A stretch of DNA of 64,000 nucleotides from Yuukianura sp. NJ FZ-2021 (taxonomy: Eukaryota), in NCBI GenBank assembly GCA_046563655.1, contig CM102286.1:4960001-5024000 (forward strand), read 5' to 3'. Positions 25,301 through 46,934 of the stretch are shown here, piece after piece. Position numbers and translations under genes: made by a program. The notes below the pieces were generated by a model. The model was not told the origin of the DNA. It saw only the letters and a program-made list of their open reading frames with translations, and did not search any database. Within the stretch, counting starts at the first letter, position 1. Every line of letters starts with the position of its first letter.

Positions 25301-26473
25301 TTCGAACCATTTAGGAATTTGAGTTTGAGGCGGAGTTTGAGGTTAAGACCGTGGCTGTGACATTGTTCGGTGGAAGAAGCAGGGAAAACGACGACATTTG
25401 TATCTTTTAAGGCTAGGTTGATGGTGGTGGTGGTGGATTCGTTCAGATGGTGATGTGATGTGAAAGTCTCTGAAGATTGTCCCATGGGATTAGATCTTTC
25501 GGAAGAGGGAAAAATGAAATTAAAGTATACGGGAATATGAGCTCAAGCTTTCATGCGGAAAATGCCATTTTTTCTTTTTTCACGATTCTCGATCCAGCAC
25601 TTTGAAAAAACGCTGTAGAGAAAAGCTTTCGGTTTTTCCTCTTTTTTCATTTCTCCGAAACCTGAATTGAATTTGAGTGGATCTTTAATAATTTAGTTTC
25701 TTTTGATGCGTTTTCCATTAAAATATTGGACAGAGAATTCTAAAAAAAGAACGTTGGATCTTGTACAAGCAACTCAAATGCGAAAGTAGCTTCCGTCATC
25801 TTGGACAGGTCACTCAAAAATTCAAACACATTTAAATTTCCCTCAAAAGTTGTGTTGCCGACCAAAGATGGTAAATTGAAATTCAAACCGTAATGAATTT
25901 TTCTGAACAAATGTTCAGTTTCGTGTTCTTTCAAAGTTCTATTAGGAATTTCAGGCAGGAAAAACGTTTCAAAGTTTTAAGTTGAAAGTGGAAAAGAATT
26001 TCATTTGAAATTGAAGTCCTCAAAATGTACTAGATAATTTTAAGTTACTGCAGTAAAAAGTATATGTGTAAGGATAGAGGGTGATGAACTTTGGAGCAGC
26101 ATTTGTGCAGGACGGTGGGGGTTGATGCACTTTTTCATAGTTTTTTAAGTTATTTTGAAAAGAATTTTCATTTATTTTGGGAAATTTTTGGTATATTTTT
26201 TAAGGGCTTTTGAAAGACAATAAGTTCCACCTCCCTTTGGCCTCTTTTCTTTGCAGACAATGGACTACCCACTTCATTCCTGAACCAACCGTAGCCCAGT
26301 CGTCGTCAACCTTCTTCTCCCCTTTGTTCCTAATTGTTCTGTTTCTGTTCTTCTGCGTAAAGCAATTGTTACTCACGACACCAAGTTACCATCCAGCGTC
26401 AACATTTTCGGTTATTACAACGAGTTTTCGGTTCACACCTCGCTGACTCTGCAAATTCGGACTTCGGCGTGGA

Positions 26474-28047
<1,574 letters not shown>

Positions 28048-31000
28048 AGTTACGTTAGCTTATGCTGTTCTTCCGACCTTCGTTTTCGAACTTCCGAAAT
28101 TGAAATTTTTTAATAGAATCGCTGAGGTGGAAGTAACGAAAAGTGTAAATACAAAGTATGAAGGGCCACAATATGACTATTTGAACAAAAGTCCTTCTTG
28201 CAGAGGGTTCAAAATCCTTAAATTTTTTTGGAAGAGGCAAATAAGGGTTTTTATTATCCGTGGTTTAAAGGAAGTTTACCTCGGTTTCATCATGATCAAA
28301 GTCGTTTTACTATTGAGCAGAGTCAAAATCCTTAGGAAATTGACGGAAGAGAGCTTATGAGAACAGGGAAATGCCCGTCCAACAACGTTGTTCCCCTCTT
28401 TTGCCTTTTGTTTTTTAAGTGTTGTCTACAACACACTCCATCTTGTTTACAAACTTTTCAAATATTGATTTATTTGTTTTCTTGGGGGTAGAATTTATTA
28501 TTAAATTCGAGAAAATGTATTATTAGTCGCACAAAAATTAATTAAAGTATCGAGACATGAGTTTAAAATTAAATGGTCAGTCAGTCATATACACTCTTAA
28601 AAATTATGATTTCCAGAACCTCTTGTTTACTTGCAACATTTTTTATTACAAAATGGATAAATAAATTGACTTCCGCTCGTCAAAAATTTCTTTGAGTTTC
28701 AGAAATTTTGAATTTTTAAATTTTGGGGAAAAAAAGCAGTAAAATATTCTAGGTTTCAGAATTTGACACATTTTTGGTCATAGCATTTAACAAGTGTGAC
28801 AATTCCCAACTGAGCACTTAACAATCTGTGACAAGAATCGAAAAAACGAAAACTATAGTAGGATTTTCATTGGAAGTGAAGTGAAAGCTACATTTTCAAA
28901 TTTCATGAATTTTCCCTCCGTTTTCGAATCAAACTTTTTTCTGTTTGTATAGGTTTCCCGCCATGCCAAGGGCACCACAGCAGTGTGGCTTAAGTACACA
29001 CGGAGAAAAGTTTTCTCTTTTTTTCTGGGTGTGAGAATGAAGATATCCCACGTCCCCGATTACATTTACTTTGTTAACACTTCCTCTCCCCCATCATCTT
29101 CTCCCTAAAAATATTATTTGCACTCAAAACAAATGAATCAAAAAACCACTGGAAGTGAAAACTCCCATTAAAAAAGCATTTGGAAAGGAAAATAATACGA
29201 AGTATACAGAAGCAAAGGGGGAGAAAGTTACGCTAGAGTCAACCAAGGGAGAAAGTGCAGTGGGAATCAACTTATGGACCAAGTGTTGTATTTTCTCAGG
29301 CATAAAGTAACACTTTTCAACACTTTTATTTTAAACAAAATATTCCATTTCATCTTTATGCATGAACAAATTTTGTCTGAAAGATTTTCAATGAATTAGA
29401 AGGGAACGGAGGAGGGGTGACACTTTGAGAATTAAAATTGGAGGTTACGGTATAATGCAGATATCAAAATATGGATTTTGTTGGTTTCTGAACTCATTCA
29501 TAGCGTAACAATAGGTGTGAAAACGTAAAAATATTTCAACTGAAAATTGTGGTTGGGCAAAGGTCGCTGCTGAATGCGTTTGTCAACGGCCTTTTACTTG
29601 GTTGTTTGAATAGTTTTCCACCGAAAATGGGTAAATATAGAGCCCACCAAAATGGTTCGATGAGAAACGGCTTCTGTGGGACTGTTTGCCCAACAACTGA
29701 CTCAAAAGAAGACCACCGGATTGTAATTGACATGTTATAGATTTTAGAAAAAGTATTGTTCACCGCATCGGAGAAAAGCCAAGGGACCCTCCACTGTTTA
29801 TTAACAACGACCGAAAACTTGTCACTCTTTCTGAATCTCCAATCTCGATATGGCAAATTTTAGAAGTAATTGTTATAATTTCTACCCAAAAATTTCTAGT
29901 TGCCTCCAAAATGTCAAAGGACATTTCACTGCAGTTGTACGCTGTAGAACGGACTTGGGACATGAAGCTGCTCTGAATACTTGTCAATCAAGCGTCTCCA
30001 TTGTGCTCACTGCGGAATTATTTTTTTGACATCGTTTGAAGATGGGGTCTCACTTCTGATGGGCGGCATGTTTGTCTCTTAACGAAATTTTGAAAACGCT
30101 GTTACACCGCTTTCGTCACCTACGCTAGCCGCTCTTTGATTTTAAACGGCTTCATTTGAAATTTGGAACTCACTGTGGAAAAAATTTGTCATTGGCAAGA
30201 TTAGAACACGGCGGAGGTATCACGACAGCGGCTTAGTTGCAACAAAGCTTCCGAAAATTGAAAAAGTCGTCAACAATATTTTCACCGAAATTCTGATTTC
30301 GTTAACAAATTGAATTTGTTTCTTGCTTTTGCTTCCTGTGAGGGAGTGGATTCAAAAATGGACACAAATTATTATTGTAGCTTTGACATCAAATTTTTTA
30401 AGTTTCTCACGCCTGCGCCTTTGAGATTTTATGGCAAACTCAGGTCATGTCGTACATAAAATCCGTAAGATGTAAACGGACTTCCTGTCCAGAAGAAAAG
30501 AAAATCATGCCATAAATTATATAAAGGAGGCCAAAACTGTATGAGTGTGTGGGTGTGTTGGTAGGGATTTGTGGTGCTGAATCAGAAAGAGTTCGTAGGA
30601 TGCCATTCTTCTTTTTCCAAAAACGATGACACAGGGAGCAAACAAATAAATTGTTCATTTTCACAATAATAAGGCCAATGTGAGAGAAATGCAGGGAAGA
30701 CGTCTTAAGGGTACGGAATTGTCCTATTGTCAACACAAGATCACAAAACTCACCTGTTTCATTCTACAAATTGTCGTTTATAAAAGAAAAACGAATTGAG
30801 GGTGAATTTCAAAAGAAAATTTTTATTCTTCCTAAATCGAATGTGGAAGTGGAACCGTGGGATACTGACGCTTTTTTAAATAAAAATTGAAAAATTGAAT
30901 TCAAAATCAACCACAAACTAAATTTGAGGTTTCCTTTGCCTTTCGACATAAAACCAGGTCAAACGGGAATTTTTCCTTCACAATATTTTGTTTGATTTAT

Positions 31001-33965
31001 GATTTACTGGACAATTAACTAATTGCAGGAAAAGGCAGATTCACGGTTTAATTTTTTTTTCGTGACTGGTTTTGGTTTTATTTTGCGGAAATTGAATCGG
31101 AAGGGGACTTAAGTCCTCATTGTACTTGACAAAGGGACCTTAAGTTTCCAAATGACCATCAAGATAAGAGTTTTAGTAAATAGATTTGCAGAGTTAAGGA
31201 GTGACGAACCCCTGGACTTCAATTGACACGCCCATGTTTGTGGTAGCGACGAACGGCGCTTTCATTGAAGCTTGCCCTCTAATGAAACAAAGTCTATTCA
31301 TGCCCATTGTTCCGGCGTGATGCAGGTCACGTGCCGAGGTCTTACAGGTCACGAATTGGACTTTGGACTTGGTTTCCGAAAATGAACTCATCAGATTCAT
31401 CACGGTAATGAGCTATTGATGAATTACTAAATAGGGGCCCTTACCAGCAGCTTAACTTCAAGGGCCTCACTGCCGCTCCGAATTAAGTTTTTCAGATTAA
31501 GACGCATGCCAACTTGGAAGCTAAGTACGTCGATGCATTTCGGACATATCAGTTTCAAAGAAAAATTTTCTAGAACATAGTAAAAGTTAGCTGTAATAAA
31601 ATAATTGCCCCGCCAGGTAACATCCTTTGATGATCTTTGATATTTGAATACCAGAAACAAAGTGTTCTGTTTCTTATTATTGCGCAGTCGCCTTGTTTGT
31701 CATGATTCATGCTGGAGATGGAGATCTGTTTTGAAATTAATACTGGTATTGACATTGGGCTGAAGATCTAAATGAGTGATTGAGGCCTGTGTCCATCTCC
31801 TTGCCTGTTGCATTAATCTCCGAATCCAATCAGTACAGGTGAGCAGATGGAGATCCTATTGTTTCCAGGCACAGATGAACTTCTGTTCTGAACCGTCAAA
31901 AAGATCTCCAGTCATTTGCCCTATTATCCCCTCCTGATCACAATTAGCATACGCAGTACCCTTGTCATCATCAGTCAATACAGATCAGACGTCCAGATCC
32001 ACCAAATGTTCTAGTTTGTCACAAATATTCATATGTATGGCTCGTGCCCTTTGCCCTCTTAATGAAACTAAGGTCAACTTCTGGAAGAACTGGCATCAGG
32101 TATGACTCAATCAACAGTCGTGTCAAACATTTCAAGTTGCGAAATAGTTTTTAAAAAATTACGCAATCGTAGAAATGACACAGAAAAGAATACGTCGAAA
32201 ATGTAACCAAATTAAAAAAACTGAAAAATAACTGAATTTTTAGTGAAAATTCCTAGGAGTGTTTGTCTTTCCGTTCACGTCCTTAATATTTTCTTTTTTC
32301 AAAATTGTTGTAAAAAATTCAAAATCATGAGCTTAAGTTTTTAGATGATATTTTTCAGATTGCATTCCGTGTCAGTCCAAACACTGGAAAGGAAAAGAAT
32401 GCTTTGGTTTTACTTGACAGCTAAAAAAATTTGTTGATAGATTTTTGTACTCTAGTCGCGTCCATTTTCTCTGAAGCTTTCTCCCTCAGCAGAAAGCTTT
32501 CTTCCACTTTTTGCGGATTGTGTTTTTTATTTAGTGGATTGGGAAGGGAGAGCGTTGGAAATCAAATATCTTGGAAGTAGTAACATGGATATTCCATTCG
32601 GAGGGGCTAATGGTTGACACAGAACAAAAATACCCGGGAGCAAGGAGAGAATCTCCCTTCCGTTGCCTAGATGCTTCGTACTTTTTCCAACTATAAACGA
32701 ATTTTCAAACCACGGCGTGAACAATTTTCCCTGAGATTTTCTATTTTCTACAACATCCCAAGTTGCACAATGCTCCACCGCGTTTCTATAAAAGTAAAAG
32801 GGAGTAGTGTGTATAGTGTTTACTCAAGATTAAATTGAAAGTCATTTGCGACCCATCATATTTATTCTGTTGGATTGAATTGAGGGGGACTCTAGCTAGT
32901 TGAATTGAGGACAATAGTTATTCCAAAAGGACTTTTTTGATACAGAGGGCTCAGATTTGGAAAAAGGATTCGGAAAAAAAAACTTCATACAGATTTTTGT
33001 AACAGCAATTTCAAAAGAACTTTTTAAACTTTACTGGACTTCTGTGACTAGAGGATGATACTGAATGTGCTGCCATAAGGCTGCACTGTGGTACACCTAA
33101 AAAGCTGGACGAAGAAACGACGAAGAGGATTAGCGTTTCAATTCTAAAGCAATTGTTATTCCCCAACAGGATTTGATTGTTACTTTTTTTTAAATTTCGT
33201 TACACTACGGAACGTCGTTTGGATTGACAAACAAAATGGACGAAAATAATGTTCGTGTGTGTTAAGGGTTAGAAAAGCGTGACTTATGAATTAATTCTGT
33301 ACGAACGTACGGAGTAAGGGCCCAAAGCGTCAATTTACGTCTGGGTTTTTAAATGCAGTTAAAAATCTCATCTTCAATTACGCCATTTGCAGTGTAGCAC
33401 TAATGGCGTCATATTTTGAAAAATGATTACATTTATGATTTTAATCCGTCGAGTAGTGGGAGAGAAACCGTCAGAAAGAATCAAACAATTTTTTACATTG
33501 AAGTTATGATTCAAAACTGTTACGTTTCACAAAATGTTAGTAAACGAACGTCATGAATCTGTGTGCGCATGTTCTCTTAGGTGGAATGCCCTGACTTTTA
33601 CGCCTGAAAGTGACACAGAATTGTCTCTAAATCAAGACTTAGAGTAGAATTAATTAGCCATTACTTGTGAGATTATCACCGTGTCAAGTGACCAAATGTC
33701 TTTTCTTAAAATTCTGACTTGACGTTAGTTCTGCAGCAAATTTTACGTCTTTTCTGACTCTACCTTGTTCAAGGAATTAAGTTCTTTTCGGAACAAAAGG
33801 GCACACACCCGTTTTAGTTCCCAGTGGACAAAGGAATACACGCTTCCTCATTCCTTTTTGGCACTAAGTTCAAAAAGTGTCGTTTGTTATACTGTCAGGT
33901 CACACGAATTTTAAAAGTGACATTTGCTACAGTCACAGTCAGGTCAACAGAAGTAAAGTGTGAAA

Positions 33966-34148
33966 TCAGTTAAGCTGTAGAAATCGCACTAAAAGTTGCA
34001 AAAGCAGCTCAAAATCTCGTGAGAATTATTGTGCTAGTTTGTTTTTTGGGGAAAAGTAATATTTCATTGTCAAAGATTTGCGAAAAGTGCATCAAATTTA
34101 TGGCAAGAAGGGAAAAGTAGAGCATTTTGGAGAAAGCATAAACTTAAG
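33966..34148 (+). other. Candidate promoter/non-coding first exon of Otx-B
   Basis: Arthropod Inr-like TCAGTT at ~33966 and a strong donor AAG|GTAAGT at 34148/34149. The assignment to Otx-B is inferred from position only. Confidence 0.35.
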
Positions 34149-37100
34149 GTAAGTACAAGGGCGATTATAATGTAATTTACAATTGGATTTGGGTTTGGGT
34201 GGGCAACTTTAAATGTTTACAAGTTTTTAAAGGCTGCATTTAAACCTATATAGTAGAAGCCTCCTCTTGGCTGAATGAACTGATTCTCTTTATCCCGGGA
34301 TTTAATGTGTTGGAATCACTTAAAAAAATTAATCGGCTTCCAGCCTTACTACTACACTCCTTCCTTGTGCGCCTTGACTAAGGACTTGGACATGAACTTG
34401 TCAACAAAAGCGGATTTAAAATAGAATCCTTCCGTCTGTTTACTTTTCCCTCCATTTCTAACTGTTCAACTTTTTTGGCCAAAATACTCACTGCGTCTGC
34501 GCATAGCCCAAACTCAAAGGAAATCCAGATCATAGAAAATGCATGTAGCAGTAAATTGGTCTTATCATTAAATCTTTCTGATTCCTGTGTAAGTAGGATA
34601 ATATTTTGCATGTGATCCCTCTGTAGTAGTGTAAATAGACGTTAGGGGCTTGCCTGTTTCTTTCCATTTTGTATTCCTAGGCAAGGTTTGCTGATGATGT
34701 TAAGTGGAACTGCAGAAGCTAGGTTGAAAGTTAACAAAAAGTTGAAGCCAGAAGTGGTTGGCGGAGCTTAGAACGTTGACGAGGGGACTTTCTCGGAGGG
34801 AGGGAGTTTTGAATCTGGGCGTGAGCGCAATGGAGGCGTAGGTTATGCTATTCGACTGGGGTTGGCTTAAGCCGTTGTCACGTGGAGCTCACTTGAGGTT
34901 CTTTGGGGTTGGCCATAGCCAAGGAGCCAAGCTCTACGCACCAGCCTCCGTTAGTAGGTTCAAACGCCGTTGAAAAAATCGTTGTTGGACTAGTACTGAA
35001 GGGGGGTCGAGCTTCGTATAAGGTTGGCAGCAGCAGGTTTTTGGCTGGTCGGGTTGTTCGGAGCGAAGCTAAGGTTGGAGAAAAGCTTGGAAACGAATTG
35101 GTAGCTGGCTTGGGCAATAGAAGAGGATCAATCTTGGTCTTATTTAATACGGTTTTGAGAAGACCTTAAGCCTCTCTGTAACAGGCTTAAGACTTGTTTT
35201 ATCTTCTCCTTGCATTCAAGACTAGATTTTTGTCAGCTTAGGTGACTTTATTGTGTTCTATCTTTCCTGATTTAGAAAAAAAAAGTTTGGTTAAGGCGAT
35301 TACATATACATACATTACCATTTCTCGGAGTGTTTGAACAGAGGCTTTTTAAAAACCAATCATCACCTCATCATCATTCTCAGCAGCAGTGCACCTCCGC
35401 AAGGCTAGAACACTTCAAGTACTTTCTTCGCCTCCTAAAACCCGGTAAGACTTAAACCATTATTATCTGCTGCCGTCTATTATTGCTAAGTGGCTTTAGA
35501 CCCATAATAAGAACTAAAGCCCTTCCGCTCACCTTTGCCTTTGAGATTAGCAAAGACTAGGCTTTGAAAGCCAATGCGCTTTCAATGTGCCTATTTTAAG
35601 CTAAAGCCACTTCACACTTTGGATATTAGCTTTAAAAGAAGACGTCGGAGGACATTGTTTACAAAATGGAATCTTTCTTAGGAAATTTAAGCTCTAAATT
35701 TTACAATTTAAGCTTGAATCATCCTATGGATCAGCTTCAATAAGCTCATTAGGAACCAATTATCCGCAATTTATTCCAATATTAGTTGGCCCACTATTGA
35801 TGGTATCCAACGGGGCAACGTCTTGCTTTTGCATGAATTTCTGTTCAACGAAGGTTCCTTTTTTTCAGAAAGTTGTTTCAGATAGTTTTCTGCAAAAATT
35901 TAAAATTAACAAAATTCGAAAGGTTTTTCATCAAAGCTTAATTTTGGAACCAAGGTTCTTTTGATTTATAGAAATTATCCGCACATAAGGAAGGTTTTGT
36001 GAAGAGTGAAATTGAAATTCCGTTGTGAGGTTTAAAAACGTTCAACTATTTTAATTCTTCTAGATTTGGAAATTTTTTTACCTTGTAAGACTAATTATTT
36101 CTTCATTATGACAGTGTAATTTTAATAACCAGTGAAAGTGACAGTTAAAGGCGAAATGAAATTGCATTTTTCATGATTAGAGTTTCATATTTGCTAAACT
36201 GGTTTTATTGGTGTATGTCCTTCGGCGCTGAAAGTTTTAAAGAAAAACGTGTTTCGCCGTCTGGTTGAATGAAGTTAAATCATCATTATGTTTACCAACA
36301 TAGGTTTAGTGAGTAATTATTGTTTTTTGAATCTTCTCATAGTGATAATCATATATTCCAATAGCTTATGCGTTTACATAAATTGAAATGGATTTGAATC
36401 AGAGTAAATTGTTCAAAAAGAATTGAAGCCACGGGGAATGTTTTTCTTTGACACATGCCTTGAAGCGTTTCTATTTCAGAACTTTGACCCCACTTTCTTA
36501 TCTTCTGGGCATCACGCCTCGAAATGACAATTACACAATAACTTGGTTCATTGTTCGCAGTCCAACTTCCATCAAGTGATTACCCTGTCTTTGCTTTCCA
36601 ATGACGAATCAACAACATAGTCTCAATAGCTTAACATAAGATTCAAGCAAGGGAACAATAGTGAGCAAATTAGAGTTCAGGAGGTCACTTGTGTCCTGCC
36701 GATGTCAATGGACTCGTTGTCCACAGCAGGAGTTATAGGGCGACATGACCTGGCAAAATCCTTTGAATCGAAGCTCAATTCAGGACAGAGAGAAAAGTGT
36801 TTGTAAGTGTGAATGAAGGTCTAAAATTAAGTACAGTTGACTAGTAGGGGACATATTGATACGTAGTGTGATCAAGAAGTAGTTGATTGTGCTGCGTCAC
36901 CTGGACGACCAGTTAGGTTGTTGTAAATAATATTTAGTGGTGTTTGGGAGTCATTGTTTGAGGGCTTTGATTCTTCCATTTGATATGATAGGGTCTCCTC
37001 CTCCTTTTGACAGTCATCTTCAACGTCAAGTTTCAAACCTCCCGGCTTAATGACTACTGCTTCCTTACCTTTCACAAAGGCCCTTCAATTACTTCCATTC

Positions 37101-40100
37101 TGACACCTGAGAGAGCCCTTAAGGACCAGTACAGGCCCTTCCAATTCAAAACTTCCCTCCAAACACATGTGGAATTCCAAGTGGACAAGGCAGGCCCTTA
37201 TTCACAGGACATGGAACATGAATTTCTACTCTCCATGTCCTGCAGGGTACTGATTCACATGTCACTGTCTGTCCAAGTATTAAATGGAGTCATTCACAAC
37301 ATTCAATCTTCAAGTAATTCCTGCACTTCTGCATTGTCCGATCCTAGGATCAGTCATACTGCTGTTTCAAAATTTTGAGAAATACCTACGTTATTTCTTT
37401 TTTCAATTTTTGAAAATTCAGTCATTTGCAGAAGTGCCAAAATTTGAAATTTAAAACGAGACTTCGTAATTGCATGCACCTAACTAAAGTTTTCATTTGC
37501 TTGGCGTTATAAAAAAGAATAATGTAAACAAAAATTTGTGTACTAAAATTTTTGTTTGCTAGAATAATAAAATGTGCCCAATAATTGCATAACGCCAGTT
37601 TCAATTTCATTTCAACTTCATTTTAAAGAAAAAGCTACCGAAACTCATCCGGATTTCAAAATTTCATAAATTTTTAATCGAATATATTCGAGTATCGTGA
37701 ATTTAACAATAAGCAAAATGGAATGTCGAGTTTTAATGCATTTTTCCATAAAGATTTTGCTTTGTTTTTGTTTGGAATCGACAGTTTTGGTCTGAGAGGG
37801 ACCCTTGTTTGCGTATTTTTGCGGTTGGAAATTTACCTTGAGGTGGAACAACTTGAAGGGCCCATGCTTTTGGACGCGAGTGCGAGGCGAAGGGACCTTT
37901 GACCTTATTTGTTTGAATAGGGTAGGTTTGTGAGTGTATGGATTGACAGAGGTATTTGTGCTTGATTGCTTGGGAAGATATGGCAGATAGGGATAGCGAA
38001 GGTGAGGAACTACTTATTACTTCTTCATTTCAAATTACAAAAGTTTGGGTTGATGGGCTGGAATGGAAATATTTTCCATTGTGTCAGAGGGGCCCTTTGT
38101 CGTAATTTCAAGGGAGTCGATGGTTCTCGATTCCAAGTGATAGGTTCGCAGTGCTGAAAGCAACACTTACTCTGTACCTCATCGTTCCTTGAAATGCACG
38201 TTACACGGATGGCTGAACTGTCCCTTTAAGGGCCCTTCCAACATTGCCACTCTGCGTGGAGACATTCACGGCTAGAAGTGTCGTTCTTAGAACAGTCCCT
38301 GTTAGCTAGTTTGGGTTTGAATTTGGCGGTCGAGTTTCTTGCATAAGGACACAGGTTAAGCAGCGGTTAATGAGGCACAGCGGTGACCCTTGGGCATACC
38401 CTTAAGCCTTTTGCTCCACTTATTTTGTGCCAAACATACTTAAGAAACACTTCCAAATCCATGTTTTCCTTTGTATAGGTTGTAAATATCATGGAATTGT
38501 CCACAAGAAATTGGATGAGGATTTGGAAATATTTGTAGCAGCAAATACAAATTGTTCATCTCAAATTTCTAGTTTTTCAAAAACAAATTTTTCGGTTCTG
38601 AAAAGCTTTCGAACTTTGTCAAAAATTGTTGTGTGAAACTCCAAGCTTTCAAAGGGTGAGGAAGTTTTCCGTGACACCCATAAACAGTCCAAGGTGTTGT
38701 CAAAAAATGTTGTTTAAAAAATGAGTGTTCCAAAAGTTTTGAAATTTTTATGAACATGATCCTTGTTGCAAACAATGAAAAGTTGTTAGCGGATGGATAC
38801 AGAAGTGGCATTTGGAATTGTAATTTTGAATGGGAAGAATTGAGTACAGTAGGAAAGGAAACGATGAATTTTACTTCCGAGAGCACTTGAGATGTTTCAA
38901 AATGGCCAGTTCCATTCATGTATTTGGGAACTAGGCGTGTGTGTTTGAGATTTTAGAACACGGCGTCCTTCTTGTGTGGTTTTCAAAAAGTAATATTGAA
39001 TTCTTCTTTTGATGAGGATCCCTCTCAAGTAGTTTCAGTTTCAAAATGAAATTTTGCCCTCTTTGCGGCTAAAAAGGAGGGAGAGATGGAGGATAGAGTA
39101 ATTGCACCGCGGGATTTTCAAATTCAAAAAGGCGTGTCTCAGACTTGTTCATATCTTTTCAAAAGGAAGAGTAAATGGAAGGTGTGACACTCTTTTGTCA
39201 TTCTCTGCCGCTTCAATTCAAATGGTGTCATATTACTCAAATTGATTCTCGCGTTGTGTAACAGTGTAACTCATTGGATGCGTTTCAAAAAAACTTTCCA
39301 AATGAATAACACTCACTTTTACATGCAAACCAAGTTACATTCAAAAATATTTTGAATTAAAAATTTGTGTGTAAGTAATGTAAAATCTATGTTTTGAGTT
39401 TTATGAAGTTGAAACTACGCTAAGGTTCAGAGAGTTAGGTGGTAAAATGTTTTAACATTTCTATAACTTTTCTACTGCGGAGCGCCCAACGAATCAGTTT
39501 TTAAGTTTTTGCCGTTCAATCTACATAGAAGCCTTGTTTATTTTTGGGCGGTTTCTTGAAATTTTTCATACCATATGTTATCGCCATATGCGGGTGTTGA
39601 ATTGTAGTTGACAGAATTTGGACCAAGTTGACTTGACATTGACGAGAAACCTTTTCAGTCACAATTTCTTCAGCTGCTTCTTAGGTTTTAGCATAGGCAA
39701 CTTACAGTACTATGTTTGTCATAAAAGAAAAATTTGTCTCAATGGCTCAGCATGATTTCTTTAGTACTTGAATACTGCATATGGGGACTTATTTGAAACT
39801 TCTACAGTCAATACTCTGCTGCAGCCCACTGAAGAAAGTGTAATACAAAAGGAGGATTTAATTCCTTATGCCTAAATGCAACTATGGAAGAAACGAAAGA
39901 AATAGAAAAAGTTTTTATTCAATTTTAAGAATAAAGAATAAATTTAAATCCAACTTTGAAAAAGAAGCGATTTCTCTTTTCTTCCGACAGGACAAAACTT
40001 ATGACAAAGATTTGAACTGCATTGAGTCACTGCTACTGCTTGATCTTCCATAGCTCAAATGTTTTTGAATTTCAAAGTAACAAAGTTTTGTATTGGTTTC

Positions 40101-40270
40101 TTAAATTTCTAAAACTTTTTCAATTTTCAGAGGTCCAGAAACGCTCGAGCCCTGAAGCCTTTCCCAACAACTACCAAATTTTTTGAAATTTGTTCAAGAT
40201 AGCAGGCATCCTGGCTTTCTCTTCGTTCGGAGGTGGGGGTGCGGGTCACGCGGGAAGTGTCCCACCGCAT

Positions 40271-46934
<6,664 letters not shown>

